64,000 bases of DNA from a virus (lineage: Duplodnaviria; Caudoviricetes). The stretch is from the IMG/VR virus record IMGVR_UViG_3300010163_000002, positions 184,906-248,905 of that record. The stretch is one strand, 5' to 3'. Under the pieces are notes generated by a model. The model was not told the DNA's origin and did no database searches. It saw only the letters and a list, made by a program, of their open reading frames with translations. The translations under genes were made by a program, and so were the position numbers. Below, piece after piece: positions 9,541 through 18,474 of this stretch. Numbering within the stretch: position 1 is the stretch's first letter; every line of letters begins with the position of its first letter.

Positions 9541-9786
9541 ATGGCAGTAAAAAAGATTGAATTAACAAAGAAAGTAGGTTCTAACAAACACAGTTATTAC
9601 CCGAGGTCAAGCGCTGACGTAATTGTATATGACGAAGTGCTTAATGTTAAGGATATTCTTGATGCTGTCATCGATTCCGTTGAACAAGTCGAAAATCGTT
9701 TACAGGGTAGAAGTGTCTACATGAAAGACAGCACTGGAAAAATAGTAACTGATGATGCAGGAACTGGGTTGGTAGAGATTCTATAA
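9541..9786 (+). CDS. Small virion protein, paralogue of the N-terminus of 8575..9450
   Basis: MAVKKIELTKK...YYPRSSADVIVY vs MAIKKVLLTKK...IFPKTSADVVTY. Start moved to 9541 (AGGTAGGA RBS; the upstream ATG lies in a hairpin at 9486-9511). Confidence 0.65.
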   Translation: MAVKKIELTKKVGSNKHSYYPRSSADVIVYDEVLNVKDILDAVIDSVEQVENRLQGRSVYMKDSTGKIVTDDAGTGLVEIL

Positions 9787-9810
9787 ATCATGTATAAACA
9801 GATAAATTAT

Positions 9811-9837
9811 ATCCGGAAGGGAATATCCCTTCCGGAT
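9811..9837. terminator. GC-rich hairpin
   Basis: ATCCGGAAGGGA-ata-TCCCTTCCGGAT, 12-bp perfect stem. Confidence 0.65.
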
Positions 9838-9921
9838 GTTCTTATCCATTTTAAGGCAACCTACATAAAGGTAATTATGTATTAATACATAATAAAATTT
9901 TTAAGAAGGAGGACTAAAATT

Positions 9922-10989
9922 ATGATTAGTAATTGTGGTCATGACGAAAATGGCAGATACCATGGTGGAGTTGCAGGTGATCAGACTGGTACAGAGTGGC
10001 AAATCAGATCTTGGTATAACAGACCGTGGAATTGTGTTCTCAGACATCCGGATGCTAATGTAAGAGCTGCCATTTGCAAACTTGCTAAAGATGCTGCCAA
10101 CAATAATCATATTGGATACGATCAGTATCAGCGTACTACATTCTGGACTCAGCTTCAGGCTGCTGGCTATGATGCTTCCAAGATTAAGGTAAACTGTGAG
10201 ACTGACTGTTCTGCTGGCGTTGCTGCAATTGTAAAGGCTGTAGGATATAAGCTTGATATTACTGCGCTTAAGAATGTAAGTAAAGATATCTATACCGGTA
10301 ATCAGAGACAGGCGCTTCAGGCTGCTGGATTTATGGTATTGACAGAATCCAAATATCTTACATCTGATGCGTATCTGCTTGAGGGGGATATTCTGCTTAA
10401 TACAGCAGCACATACGGCTATTAATGTTAGCAACGGCTCTAAGTCGGGAGCAGGATCTTCTAGCTCCGGTGGTTCGTCTGCTGGTAAACCGGCATCTTCC
10501 GGCACAAGCCTTAGTAAAGTAGTTAAATGGAAGGGTATTGTTAATGCATCTTCCCTTGCTGTTCGTACATGGGCCGGCACTGAGAATGCTAAACTCAGGG
10601 ATCTTAAATACGGAACCGAAATTGGTGTATGCGATACTGTAGAAGATAAAGACGGCGATGTATGGTATTATATATTAGAGGGCGGTAAATACGGATTCGT
10701 ATCTGCAGATTATGTAGTTAAGAAGACTGCTACGTCAAGCGTTGGTACTCCGGTAAACACATCTGGCACTCTTAATAAAACATGCAAATGGAAAGGCAAA
10801 GTTACAGCATCTTCCCTTGCTGTTCGTACATGGGCCGGCACTGAGAATAAGAAACTTAGGGATCTTGTCAAAGGGACCGAAGTTGAAGTATGCGATGCTA
10901 TCAAGGCAACTGACGGCTCTACATGGTATTATATCAAAGAGAGCGGAAAGTACGGATTTGTGCATTCTAAATACGTTACGGAAGCATAA
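9922..10989 (+). CDS. Endolysin: NlpC/P60/CHAP-like cysteine amidase domain plus two SH3b cell-wall-binding domains
   Basis: 'IGYDQ...TDCSAGV...GDILL...HTA' catalytic Cys/His; Ser/Gly linker; two SH3b repeats ('L.VR...G...WYY...GKYGFV'); late motif at 9862-9874. Confidence 0.85.
   Translation: MISNCGHDENGRYHGGVAGDQTGTEWQIRSWYNRPWNCVLRHPDANVRAAICKLAKDAANNNHIGYDQYQRTTFWTQLQAAGYDASKIKVNCETDCSAGVAAIVKAVGYKLDITALKNVSKDIYTGNQRQALQAAGFMVLTESKYLTSDAYLLEGDILLNTAAHTAINVSNGSKSGAGSSSSGGSSAGKPASSGTSLSKVVKWKGIVNASSLAVRTWAGTENAKLRDLKYGTEIGVCDTVEDKDGDVWYYILEGGKYGFVSADYVVKKTATSSVGTPVNTSGTLNKTCKWKGKVTASSLAVRTWAGTENKKLRDLVKGTEVEVCDAIKATDGSTWYYIKESGKYGFVHSKYVTEA
10546..10848 (+). repeat. 42-bp exact direct repeat within the duplicated SH3b domains
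   Basis: GCATCTTCCCTTGCTGTTCGTACATGGGCCGGCACTGAGAAT at 10546-10587 and 10807-10848. Confidence 0.9.
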
Positions 10990-11007
10990 AAAATTAATAC
11001 AGAGGTG

Positions 11008-11040
11008 TACGGAGGGGGATTCCCCCTCCGTATATTTTTT
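11008..11040 (+). terminator. Intrinsic terminator of the endolysin gene
   Basis: TACGGAGGGGG-att-CCCCCTCCGTA followed by TATTTTTT. Confidence 0.85.
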
Positions 11041-11172
11041 CGCCGAGGATAAAATCTATTATTACTTAATTTAAGTTTATCATTAGTGTAATAGCTAGTT
11101 TCATCCCCGACGTAGTAATGTACTCTATATTTTTATCTTATAAGTAATGTAAATGAGTTCACCTCCTTTACA
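11041..11172 (-). ncRNA. Candidate structured small RNA
   Basis: Early motif at 11177-11188 (minus); AAAGGAGGTGA with no canonical ORF; 14-bp stem CGUCGGGGAUGAAA/UUUUAUCCUCGGCG whose three G-U pairs work only on the minus strand. Confidence 0.45.
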
Positions 11173-11216
11173 GAAATATAATATACAATTTAAATAATTA
11201 TGCATTGCAAAATGTA

Positions 11217-11241
11217 TCCTCTAGGGAATTTCCCTAGAGGA
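11217..11241. terminator. Hairpin downstream of the M48-like gene
   Basis: TCCTCTAGGGA-att-TCCCTAGAGGA. Confidence 0.65.
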
Positions 11242-11248
11242 ATGATTA

Positions 11249-12622
11249 TTATTTTAATTTAACCTTATCAAAGATCTTATCATACTGATTAAATCTTGTA
11301 TTATCTCCCATTGATTTATCTCTTGCATTAGCAATGGAAGCTAATATATTAAAATTCTTTTGATTCATATTTTCTGCTAATAACACGTTCCATGCTTTAT
11401 TGGCAAAATCTTTATCTTTAATGCCTTCAGACTTATCAAGAAATTCATCGATTTCTTTTTCGATTCTATCTGCATCTTCTTTTATACGTTTTTTCATTGC
11501 TGGCTTAAGATCAGATTTATTAAGTTCCTCTCTAAGCATATCAAGCTGTCCTTTAAGTCTAAAATATTCGTATGGATGTTCGTCAAACATTCCAGCTACT
11601 ATTCTGGCTATATTATTATTCATTCTGTATATAGTACCTGTTACAGGTATACTAGATAATGCCTTAGATACAGTAAATGGATCTGATTTATATGATAATA
11701 ATTTTGGTATTGCAGATGCTAAAGCTGGGCCATAACCATACATAGATGCAAAGTTATCTGCGATTTGTTCATCCATGTATCTTTTACGTTTTATTGGCCC
11801 AATAACAATTATACCTAATGGGTTTCTTACAGCATCAAATACACTCAATCCGGCAGATATTGCTGAGCATGCTAAGCTTAATAAACCGAGTGATAATATA
11901 TCTACAATTTTGAAAGCCATATCGCCAATACCGTCAAAAATATCTCCTAATGCATTTAGAACACCAACAACTTCCATAAATACCGGAGTCTTTTTATTTA
12001 AGTATCTTGTAAATCTACCATCTAATCTCATAAATGTATTTGAAGTACTTAGTATATATTCTACTAAATCTAATGGCATCATTTTTCCGGTTAATACCAT
12101 TATCAATAATGATGGTACAATAAGAATTTTATTATATGTAGTCAATACACTACTATTGTCATTAATAGCCGACTGGAAATTATGACCTATTTCATGCAAA
12201 AGTATTGCTAATATTTCTTCGTCAGTAAATTCTGCATTAAATATACAGCCTGTGTAAATAGATATAACTGCTGCATATTTAGCTTCATTTTTGTACTTAA
12301 ATCCTTTACTGGTTGCTTCAACCATTTTTGATGGTTTTCTTATATCATATCTCATACTAATTGGCATTGTATATGCATTTACTACTGGCTTATTTTCTAC
12401 GGTTAAATCAAGTATATCAAATCCAAAATAATCTTCAATCATTTCCTCGAATTTTATTTTATCTGGATCTGATGATGCTTTTGGCGTATAATTATGCCCA
12501 ATATATTTTGATCTGAATTTGCCGAGTTGTTTTTCTATAGCAACTAATTCAGGAGTTTTACCAAAATATGCTTCATTTAGCGGTATTCTTTTTTGTATTA
12601 AATTCCCATTAAAGAAAATCAT
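11249..12622 (-). CDS. M48-like zinc metalloprotease with hydrophobic segments, probably virion-associated
   Basis: 'VVNAYT', 'LLHEIGH' (HExxH), 'EQIADNFA' third ligand, 'EHP'; N-terminal 'LNEA' putative maturation site; AAGGAG RBS. Confidence 0.75.
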   Translation of the reverse strand: MIFFNGNLIQKRIPLNEAYFGKTPELVAIEKQLGKFRSKYIGHNYTPKASSDPDKIKFEEMIEDYFGFDILDLTVENKPVVNAYTMPISMRYDIRKPSKMVEATSKGFKYKNEAKYAAVISIYTGCIFNAEFTDEEILAILLHEIGHNFQSAINDNSSVLTTYNKILIVPSLLIMVLTGKMMPLDLVEYILSTSNTFMRLDGRFTRYLNKKTPVFMEVVGVLNALGDIFDGIGDMAFKIVDILSLGLLSLACSAISAGLSVFDAVRNPLGIIVIGPIKRKRYMDEQIADNFASMYGYGPALASAIPKLLSYKSDPFTVSKALSSIPVTGTIYRMNNNIARIVAGMFDEHPYEYFRLKGQLDMLREELNKSDLKPAMKKRIKEDADRIEKEIDEFLDKSEGIKDKDFANKAWNVLLAENMNQKNFNILASIANARDKSMGDNTRFNQYDKIFDKVKLK

Positions 12623-12667
12623 TGTTTACGAGCTCCTTTGCCATAATATAAATTATTTTATTTAGCG

Positions 12668-13054
12668 CTATTTTATATTTAAAATTTCTTTTAGTATGAT
12701 TTCTTCGCTTTTTAATATTTTTAATTCTGTTTCTTTATACTTTTTATATCTACAATATTCTGACATTTCATAAAAATATTTAGCAAATGTTTTCCAGAAA
12801 TATATAGGGTCTGCAGATTTAAATGGTGAATGTTGCGGTAATTTTGTTGGATCTTGATTCCCATTTATTACATCTAATATATACTTTAATGCATCTTCGT
12901 TTCCATGTAAAAATATTGTAGTGCTTGAAACGTATTGTTCTAATTTTGGTAATGATGTATCTTTTTCTAATTTAGAAATTCTTTGTTGCACATTTTTAAG
13001 TTTTGCTAGATTTTTCTTTTCATTTTTATCTTTAAATAAGTTTAAAATATGCAT
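12668..13054 (-). CDS. Hypothetical protein
   Basis: ORF; start likely MHILN at 13054 after a GGAGA RBS. Confidence 0.55.
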   Translation of the reverse strand: MHILNLFKDKNEKKNLAKLKNVQQRISKLEKDTSLPKLEQYVSSTTIFLHGNEDALKYILDVINGNQDPTKLPQHSPFKSADPIYFWKTFAKYFYEMSEYCRYKKYKETELKILKSEEIILKEILNIK

Positions 13055-13115
13055 AATATATCTCCATAATATAAAATTTAGCCCATAAGCCATAAAGACT
13101 TATGGGCATCTGTTT

Positions 13116-16100
13116 TTATTGATTTTTCATATCTTCATCATATATTTCATGAAGAGTTGGCCATTTAACTCCCATGATATCACATACTTTACGCCATAGT
13201 TCAATCATAAGTTTATTTAATGCTCCTACCATTATAGGAGAACAAATCATACGACCGTCTATAGCAGAACAAGAGTTAACAGCATCTATTGGTTCATTTG
13301 GTCTAAAGTCAGTATATGGCGCATCTTCATCATCATACTGACTCATTAATACATTCTTATTAGCATTAAGGTTAACAATCTTATCACCAACACTAAGCTT
13401 ATCATGATATTCCATATAAATTTCAATCTTTACTCCATCTACATTTTTAAGTTTACCAATTGGAGGTAGCTTATCGGCTTCAGATAATTGTACATCATCT
13501 GAATTAATGCATGAGTTAGCTACCTTTTTAAGTCTATTTACATCTCTTTCATATGAAGTAACAATCTTTCTAAGACTTTCACTCATATTTTCATCTACAT
13601 CGCATGTGCGATATACTTTAATATCTGAAATTCTTCCCGTTACTTTAGATTTTATTACGTTACGGCCTATCTCTGTTATATCCCCATCTTCTGTATTAAG
13701 ATTCTTAAGAAGATTATTAGCATCCTTATCATCAAATGCGTTCTGGAATATCAGTATAGGCTCTCCTTCTACTACTTTCTGTCCTTTTTTAGCAATGAAT
13801 AGTACATTAGTTGATGCGTTTAATGTAACATCTTTCATTACTACAATATTAGATGCCATTGCTTCTGACAACCATTCAGAACAAATTCCTGAATCTTCAT
13901 AGCCATCTTCAGTAGTCATAATAGCAACCTTGGTAAGACATCCTAAATTGTATGCGATTTGTCCAGATCCAACTCTGCCTGAGAAGGATTTTTTGTCATA
14001 TGCTAAAATTTGCCCTGCTTTTACAGAGCTACCAACCTTAAGGTCGGTCTTTAATTGTAGAGTGATATAAAATCCTCCATCAGAATTCTTCATACTCTGC
14101 TCATCAAGATTTACGTATTCTTTAGTGTTATCATTGTATGATATAATCATATACTTATCAGTGATTTCTGTAACTTTACCTGACTTTTTGGCCTTATGGC
14201 AAAACATATCGGATGTTAAATACGGCATTGCTGCATCGGCTCCTGTAGTTACAAGAAGCGGAGTGCCATACTCGATAGGCGTTGAATGCTTTGACGTTTG
14301 TACGAACGTCATGTCATTTCTGAATGGGTCGTCAGATGTTACACAGTATGGAGATAATGCTTCTGTCATGCAGAATGTATTGGTTACACTAACATCTTTA
14401 AGATCTGATTTCTTAAATAATCCTCTACCGCCTTCAATATTTGGGTTAATAGTTGTTTGCCTGTTTACACCTACAGTGGATGCAAAACCAGTGGCCTGGG
14501 CAATGATATTTACCATACTATCATCGTACCCACGCTTATCAATCTTATATGCTCTTTCACTATTCATACCTGTTACACCTTTAGTGGAAATTGTATTCTT
14601 AGCTTCAATTTCCCATAAAGGTTGGAATACAGATAAATCTGAAGTATTATTCTGGGCAAGAATTAAATCAATTACAGCAGACTGTTTCATACTCATTGGG
14701 ACATTTCTTCCATGCTTATTCTGCAAAGCATAACTCTTATAAGAATCAGAAAGTGCTCTATAAAACTGGGCTGCTATAACCTCATTAGTTCTATACCGAT
14801 TTGTACTTAAATCTTTATGAATAGTGTGCTTATTATCTACAAGAAGATTAGATGAATAAACCAATGCTTCATGATAATCTTCTGGTAAATCATACATTTT
14901 ACAAACCTCTACAGTTACAGGATCAAACATAAGATCTTTGAAGTTATCAAGACCATCTGATTTAATCCTTCCTCCAAAGTTATCTAAAATATCAACCCAT
15001 GTCATCTTTGAGTTAATATCTTTAATCGAATAATTTTCCAATCCGCAATCTTTCAATCCATTCATTAGCATTAATGAATCATACGTAATTGCATAATGGA
15101 TATAACAATCATTCAATTTAATAGTATCATATCCTGGATCGGACTTTCTTTTTTCTGTAATATCATAATTGATTCCAGCAAGATCCATTGCTTTTGTAAG
15201 GCCAATGTCATGAGCAAGAATTACAATTACAGGGATATCAGTATTAAGAATTGATGCCCTAGAGTATGTAGATTTTTTGGATGGTTTCTGATCATATACA
15301 AGATTTATAAACTCTTGATCTTCAATCAGAGAAATAATAAACTGCCCCATTGTAATATTTCCGTTATTATAAGTATAATAACTTACATTACCACTATTGG
15401 ATACTGCAACTGGAATTCCCTTTTTTGGATCTACTCCATCTATTGCTCTAATTTCATCTTGATTGAAGTATATGGTTACATTATCTTTAAGATATTCTGA
15501 ATAGCATTCAATTTTAGAATATGAAGATGCCAAATCTACATAGTCTATCGGAAGCTCATATTTCTTACAAATTTTACTATTATCACCAGTAGTAATTTTT
15601 ACTTTCTTTCCAGTATATTTTGGAATTGCTTTCATAAGCATATCTGTATATGGATTAGTTTTACCCTTAGAGGTATAATAAGTTTCAATGAAAATCTTAT
15701 TGTAGAAGGAACAAATCTGGACTGTATCAGGATCTGTTTTCGATATAGGAATAAGAGGCATCTCAATGGAGAATACTTTTTCATTACCACGTAATCTCAT
15801 GAATCTATTTGATCTAAATTTAGGAATATCGAATCTAAGAGTAAATCTCTTACCATCGTATCCTTCACACTTTACTGTGTAAGTATATACGTAATCCTCT
15901 GCGGTAGAAGTATCTTCTTTTTGAATATCAAGAATACTTACAGGGAATTCTTTATCTGTTGATGATAATGAATTAAGACACTTTACAATATCTGCATCAA
16001 GATCGTATTCTTTTTCAAAGTTTACTGCTTTAAGATGTTTCCATTCGTCATTAATAGTTTTAATTGGCAATGATGTTTCTGGTAATTCTTTTGGCATATT

Positions 16101-17495
16101 GGACGAATTTACCATATCTTTAATAGACTTATTCTGAAATTGTTTATTCATAAGGCTATCTTGAGCTTTAATAATTCTACTAGCCCTTGCAGGAGTTATT
16201 CTTCTTGCTTCATCAGCATCATCCTGAAGATCCATAATAATTCTCTTAAGATCTTGATCGTCATTAAGTTTATCAAGAACTTCGTCCTCATCCTTAGCAT
16301 TTTCGGCAGCATCAGCAATTGTTTTTACTAATTTAGCCTTATCTGCTTCTTTATCTGTATCTGTAGCGGGTTTAGTCTCTGTTGGCTTAGAATCATCTTT
16401 TTTAACATCATCAGCTTTTCCTGTAAGACTATATACCGTAATACCCTTATTTTTTTCAAGCTTATCTATAATACTGGTTGTTATTCCATCTTTTGAATTA
16501 TCAGGAGTATCAGAATCATCAATAAGGTCTTGATTAACTAATTTAGTGATTAGTCTCATAAACACGCTATATGACTTTTCATTTATTTCTGATGTATTCA
16601 TTTTGAAGTATCCATTATAACCAAAGAATACAAAATCAATACCATTAAATACATCAAGATCTGTAATGGAGAATTTCATCTTTTTGTATAATACTGATAT
16701 AGGATTAAGATTTTTCAAATAATCATATACATAGCTACCATCTTTCGTAGACCATCCGTATACAGGTACAAATACTGTTTTCTTTGTATAACCAGCATTA
16801 TTAATTCTTCTATCATTAATAAATCTTCTAATGAATTCAAAATACATATCTATACTTCTCGTTATAGTAAATGTATTATTAGCAAGATAAGCCTGGTTGT
16901 AGAAATAGAGATCTATAAACAAATTAAGCCGGGCATATCTATCATAGTTAAGAAAAGTTTTCTTAATCCATGGATTATCTGCTTTAACCTGTCTATATAA
17001 TTTGATAACCTCTTTATTGTTTCTAATTCTATCGTTATAAAGAAGATTTTTATATTTTGTGTTATACATATTTACTTCATTATATACAGACTCGTCGTAT
17101 AACTCGTTAAAGAAAATAAGCTTATCTCCAAGCTTACAATAGAATTCGTTAATAGAATCCCCATTTATATCTGGCTCATAACATTTCACATCTGTAGTTT
17201 CAACAAATACACTTGGCTGCTCATTAATGATCTGGCTATAATCATTATGAGCCACTTCAAGATATCTTGACTCATGCTGAATTGTGTACATAATATCTTT
17301 TTCAATGTAATAAGATATGAATGCTTTATTAGAGTTATTAAAAAATGGATTATTCATAAGACGTTTTGAAATTTCATAGTTTGGAGTCAATAATAATATT
17401 GCCGATCCATGTTTTCTATCTTCCATATTTACTGGCATATATAAGTTACGTTTCTTATACAGCTTCATATATTTTAAATCGTTAAGATATAACAT
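13116..17495 (-). CDS. Phage multisubunit RNA polymerase beta-like subunit (probably virion RNAP) with long N-terminal extension
   Basis: RpoB-like motifs 'LRGNEK..IEMPLIP', 'DDPFRNDMTFVQ', 'GYEDSGICS', 'LSVGDKI', 'IDGRMI'; GAGGAGG RBS; late motif AACA-ATATAT-TAA at 17520-17532. Confidence 0.9.
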   Translation of the reverse strand: MLYLNDLKYMKLYKKRNLYMPVNMEDRKHGSAILLLTPNYEISKRLMNNPFFNNSNKAFISYYIEKDIMYTIQHESRYLEVAHNDYSQIINEQPSVFVETTDVKCYEPDINGDSINEFYCKLGDKLIFFNELYDESVYNEVNMYNTKYKNLLYNDRIRNNKEVIKLYRQVKADNPWIKKTFLNYDRYARLNLFIDLYFYNQAYLANNTFTITRSIDMYFEFIRRFINDRRINNAGYTKKTVFVPVYGWSTKDGSYVYDYLKNLNPISVLYKKMKFSITDLDVFNGIDFVFFGYNGYFKMNTSEINEKSYSVFMRLITKLVNQDLIDDSDTPDNSKDGITTSIIDKLEKNKGITVYSLTGKADDVKKDDSKPTETKPATDTDKEADKAKLVKTIADAAENAKDEDEVLDKLNDDQDLKRIIMDLQDDADEARRITPARASRIIKAQDSLMNKQFQNKSIKDMVNSSNMPKELPETSLPIKTINDEWKHLKAVNFEKEYDLDADIVKCLNSLSSTDKEFPVSILDIQKEDTSTAEDYVYTYTVKCEGYDGKRFTLRFDIPKFRSNRFMRLRGNEKVFSIEMPLIPISKTDPDTVQICSFYNKIFIETYYTSKGKTNPYTDMLMKAIPKYTGKKVKITTGDNSKICKKYELPIDYVDLASSYSKIECYSEYLKDNVTIYFNQDEIRAIDGVDPKKGIPVAVSNSGNVSYYTYNNGNITMGQFIISLIEDQEFINLVYDQKPSKKSTYSRASILNTDIPVIVILAHDIGLTKAMDLAGINYDITEKRKSDPGYDTIKLNDCYIHYAITYDSLMLMNGLKDCGLENYSIKDINSKMTWVDILDNFGGRIKSDGLDNFKDLMFDPVTVEVCKMYDLPEDYHEALVYSSNLLVDNKHTIHKDLSTNRYRTNEVIAAQFYRALSDSYKSYALQNKHGRNVPMSMKQSAVIDLILAQNNTSDLSVFQPLWEIEAKNTISTKGVTGMNSERAYKIDKRGYDDSMVNIIAQATGFASTVGVNRQTTINPNIEGGRGLFKKSDLKDVSVTNTFCMTEALSPYCVTSDDPFRNDMTFVQTSKHSTPIEYGTPLLVTTGADAAMPYLTSDMFCHKAKKSGKVTEITDKYMIISYNDNTKEYVNLDEQSMKNSDGGFYITLQLKTDLKVGSSVKAGQILAYDKKSFSGRVGSGQIAYNLGCLTKVAIMTTEDGYEDSGICSEWLSEAMASNIVVMKDVTLNASTNVLFIAKKGQKVVEGEPILIFQNAFDDKDANNLLKNLNTEDGDITEIGRNVIKSKVTGRISDIKVYRTCDVDENMSESLRKIVTSYERDVNRLKKVANSCINSDDVQLSEADKLPPIGKLKNVDGVKIEIYMEYHDKLSVGDKIVNLNANKNVLMSQYDDEDAPYTDFRPNEPIDAVNSCSAIDGRMICSPIMVGALNKLMIELWRKVCDIMGVKWPTLHEIYDEDMKNQ

Positions 17496-17617
17496 TTATT
17501 CCGACCTCCTCTTTTCATATTAATATATTGTTTTTCGGTAGCATAAATACGATATTATAATTTAAACCTCCATAATACAATAGAATAATGACTATAATAT
17601 ACAAGAGAGGTAGTAAT

Positions 17618-17905
17618 ATGAATAATTATTGTTTTTCATGGTATAATCCAATTGCTCAAGCAGAACAGGTTGATTTCATCCATGCAAAAGATATGCACGA
17701 AGCAAAACAGATTGCTGTTATGGTAATGAGATTCTTCGGAGGCAAAAAATTCGAACAGGACGATATTGATAGTATCATTGAGGTGGATGAAAGGTATTAC
17801 TATACATTAGATAATATCATTAATAGATATAAGAGAGCTGGAAAAGAAGTCGAGATTCCTATTATAACAGACGATGAGGAGGATGATGAAGATGAAGACT
17901 CATAA
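17618..17905 (+). CDS. Hypothetical protein with acidic tail
   Basis: GAGAGG RBS before ATG 17618; late motif at 17576-17588. Confidence 0.6.
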   Translation: MNNYCFSWYNPIAQAEQVDFIHAKDMHEAKQIAVMVMRFFGGKKFEQDDIDSIIEVDERYYYTLDNIINRYKRAGKEVEIPIITDDEEDDEDEDS

Positions 17906-18056
17906 TAATAAAAAAGACTTCATTCAGTTATTAAGCTCAATGTCTGATACTGAGATTAATGATTATATCAAAAAAAATGGCAAAGGCCCTAAACCTGTAG
18001 TGATGTGCAGAATAATTAGTAAGGAGGGAAGCTATGATTCAACAAAGGTTTCCTAA
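17892..18056 (+). CDS. Small hypothetical protein
   Basis: GAGGAGG upstream; short overlaps with both neighbours suggest translational coupling. Confidence 0.5.
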   Translation: MKTHNNKKDFIQLLSSMSDTEINDYIKKNGKGPKPVVMCRIISKEGSYDSTKVS

Positions 18057-18255
18057 AAAAGTCAAGGGCGCTAGAAAGAAGAGAAGAATAGATGAATTAG
18101 AAAGAATATCATCTATGTTTCCAACATGGCTAGACGATAAACCTCCTGAAATTCAGAATAAATTAATTTCCGCATGGCTAGCAAGCAAAATAGATGATTA
18201 TAATGAATTTCCATCATTTGTTATGAAATGGGAAACAGAAAACAATTATAGATGA
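18034..18255 (+). CDS. Hypothetical protein
   Basis: AAGGAGG RBS. Confidence 0.6.
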   Translation: MIQQRFPKKVKGARKKRRIDELERISSMFPTWLDDKPPEIQNKLISAWLASKIDDYNEFPSFVMKWETENNYR

Positions 18256-18295
18256 TATATTATATTCATATAATAAATCTAAGGAGGATTCAAAT

Positions 18296-18433
18296 ATGAA
18301 TAAGAAAAAATCATCATTATCAAAGAAACAGAATAAGAATGGATTCGCTCAGAATCCAAATAATCTTAAACCATGGAAGAATAATTCTATTATTCTTAAA
18401 GGCACAAAACAATATTCAAGAGTTAAACACTAA
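18296..18433 (+). CDS. Small basic protein (45 aa; absent from ORF track)
   Basis: Early motif at 18253-18264, AAGGAGG RBS; MNKKKSSLSKKQNKNGFAQNPNNLKPWKNNSIILKGTKQYSRVKH. Confidence 0.6.
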   Translation: MNKKKSSLSKKQNKNGFAQNPNNLKPWKNNSIILKGTKQYSRVKH

Positions 18434-18474
18434 TATTGCAGTTGATGCTGTAAATTTTAAGGAGATGATTATAG

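Noticed and set aside
12641-13075. CCATAATATAAA direct repeat flanking the small minus-strand gene as a target-site duplication
   Set aside because: AT-rich 12-mer that could equally be a shared leader or promoter-like element; no mobility gene.
13116-17495. Intron or intein in the RNAP gene (known in AR9-like phages)
   Set aside because: ORF is continuous and no intein or homing-endonuclease motifs were recognised.
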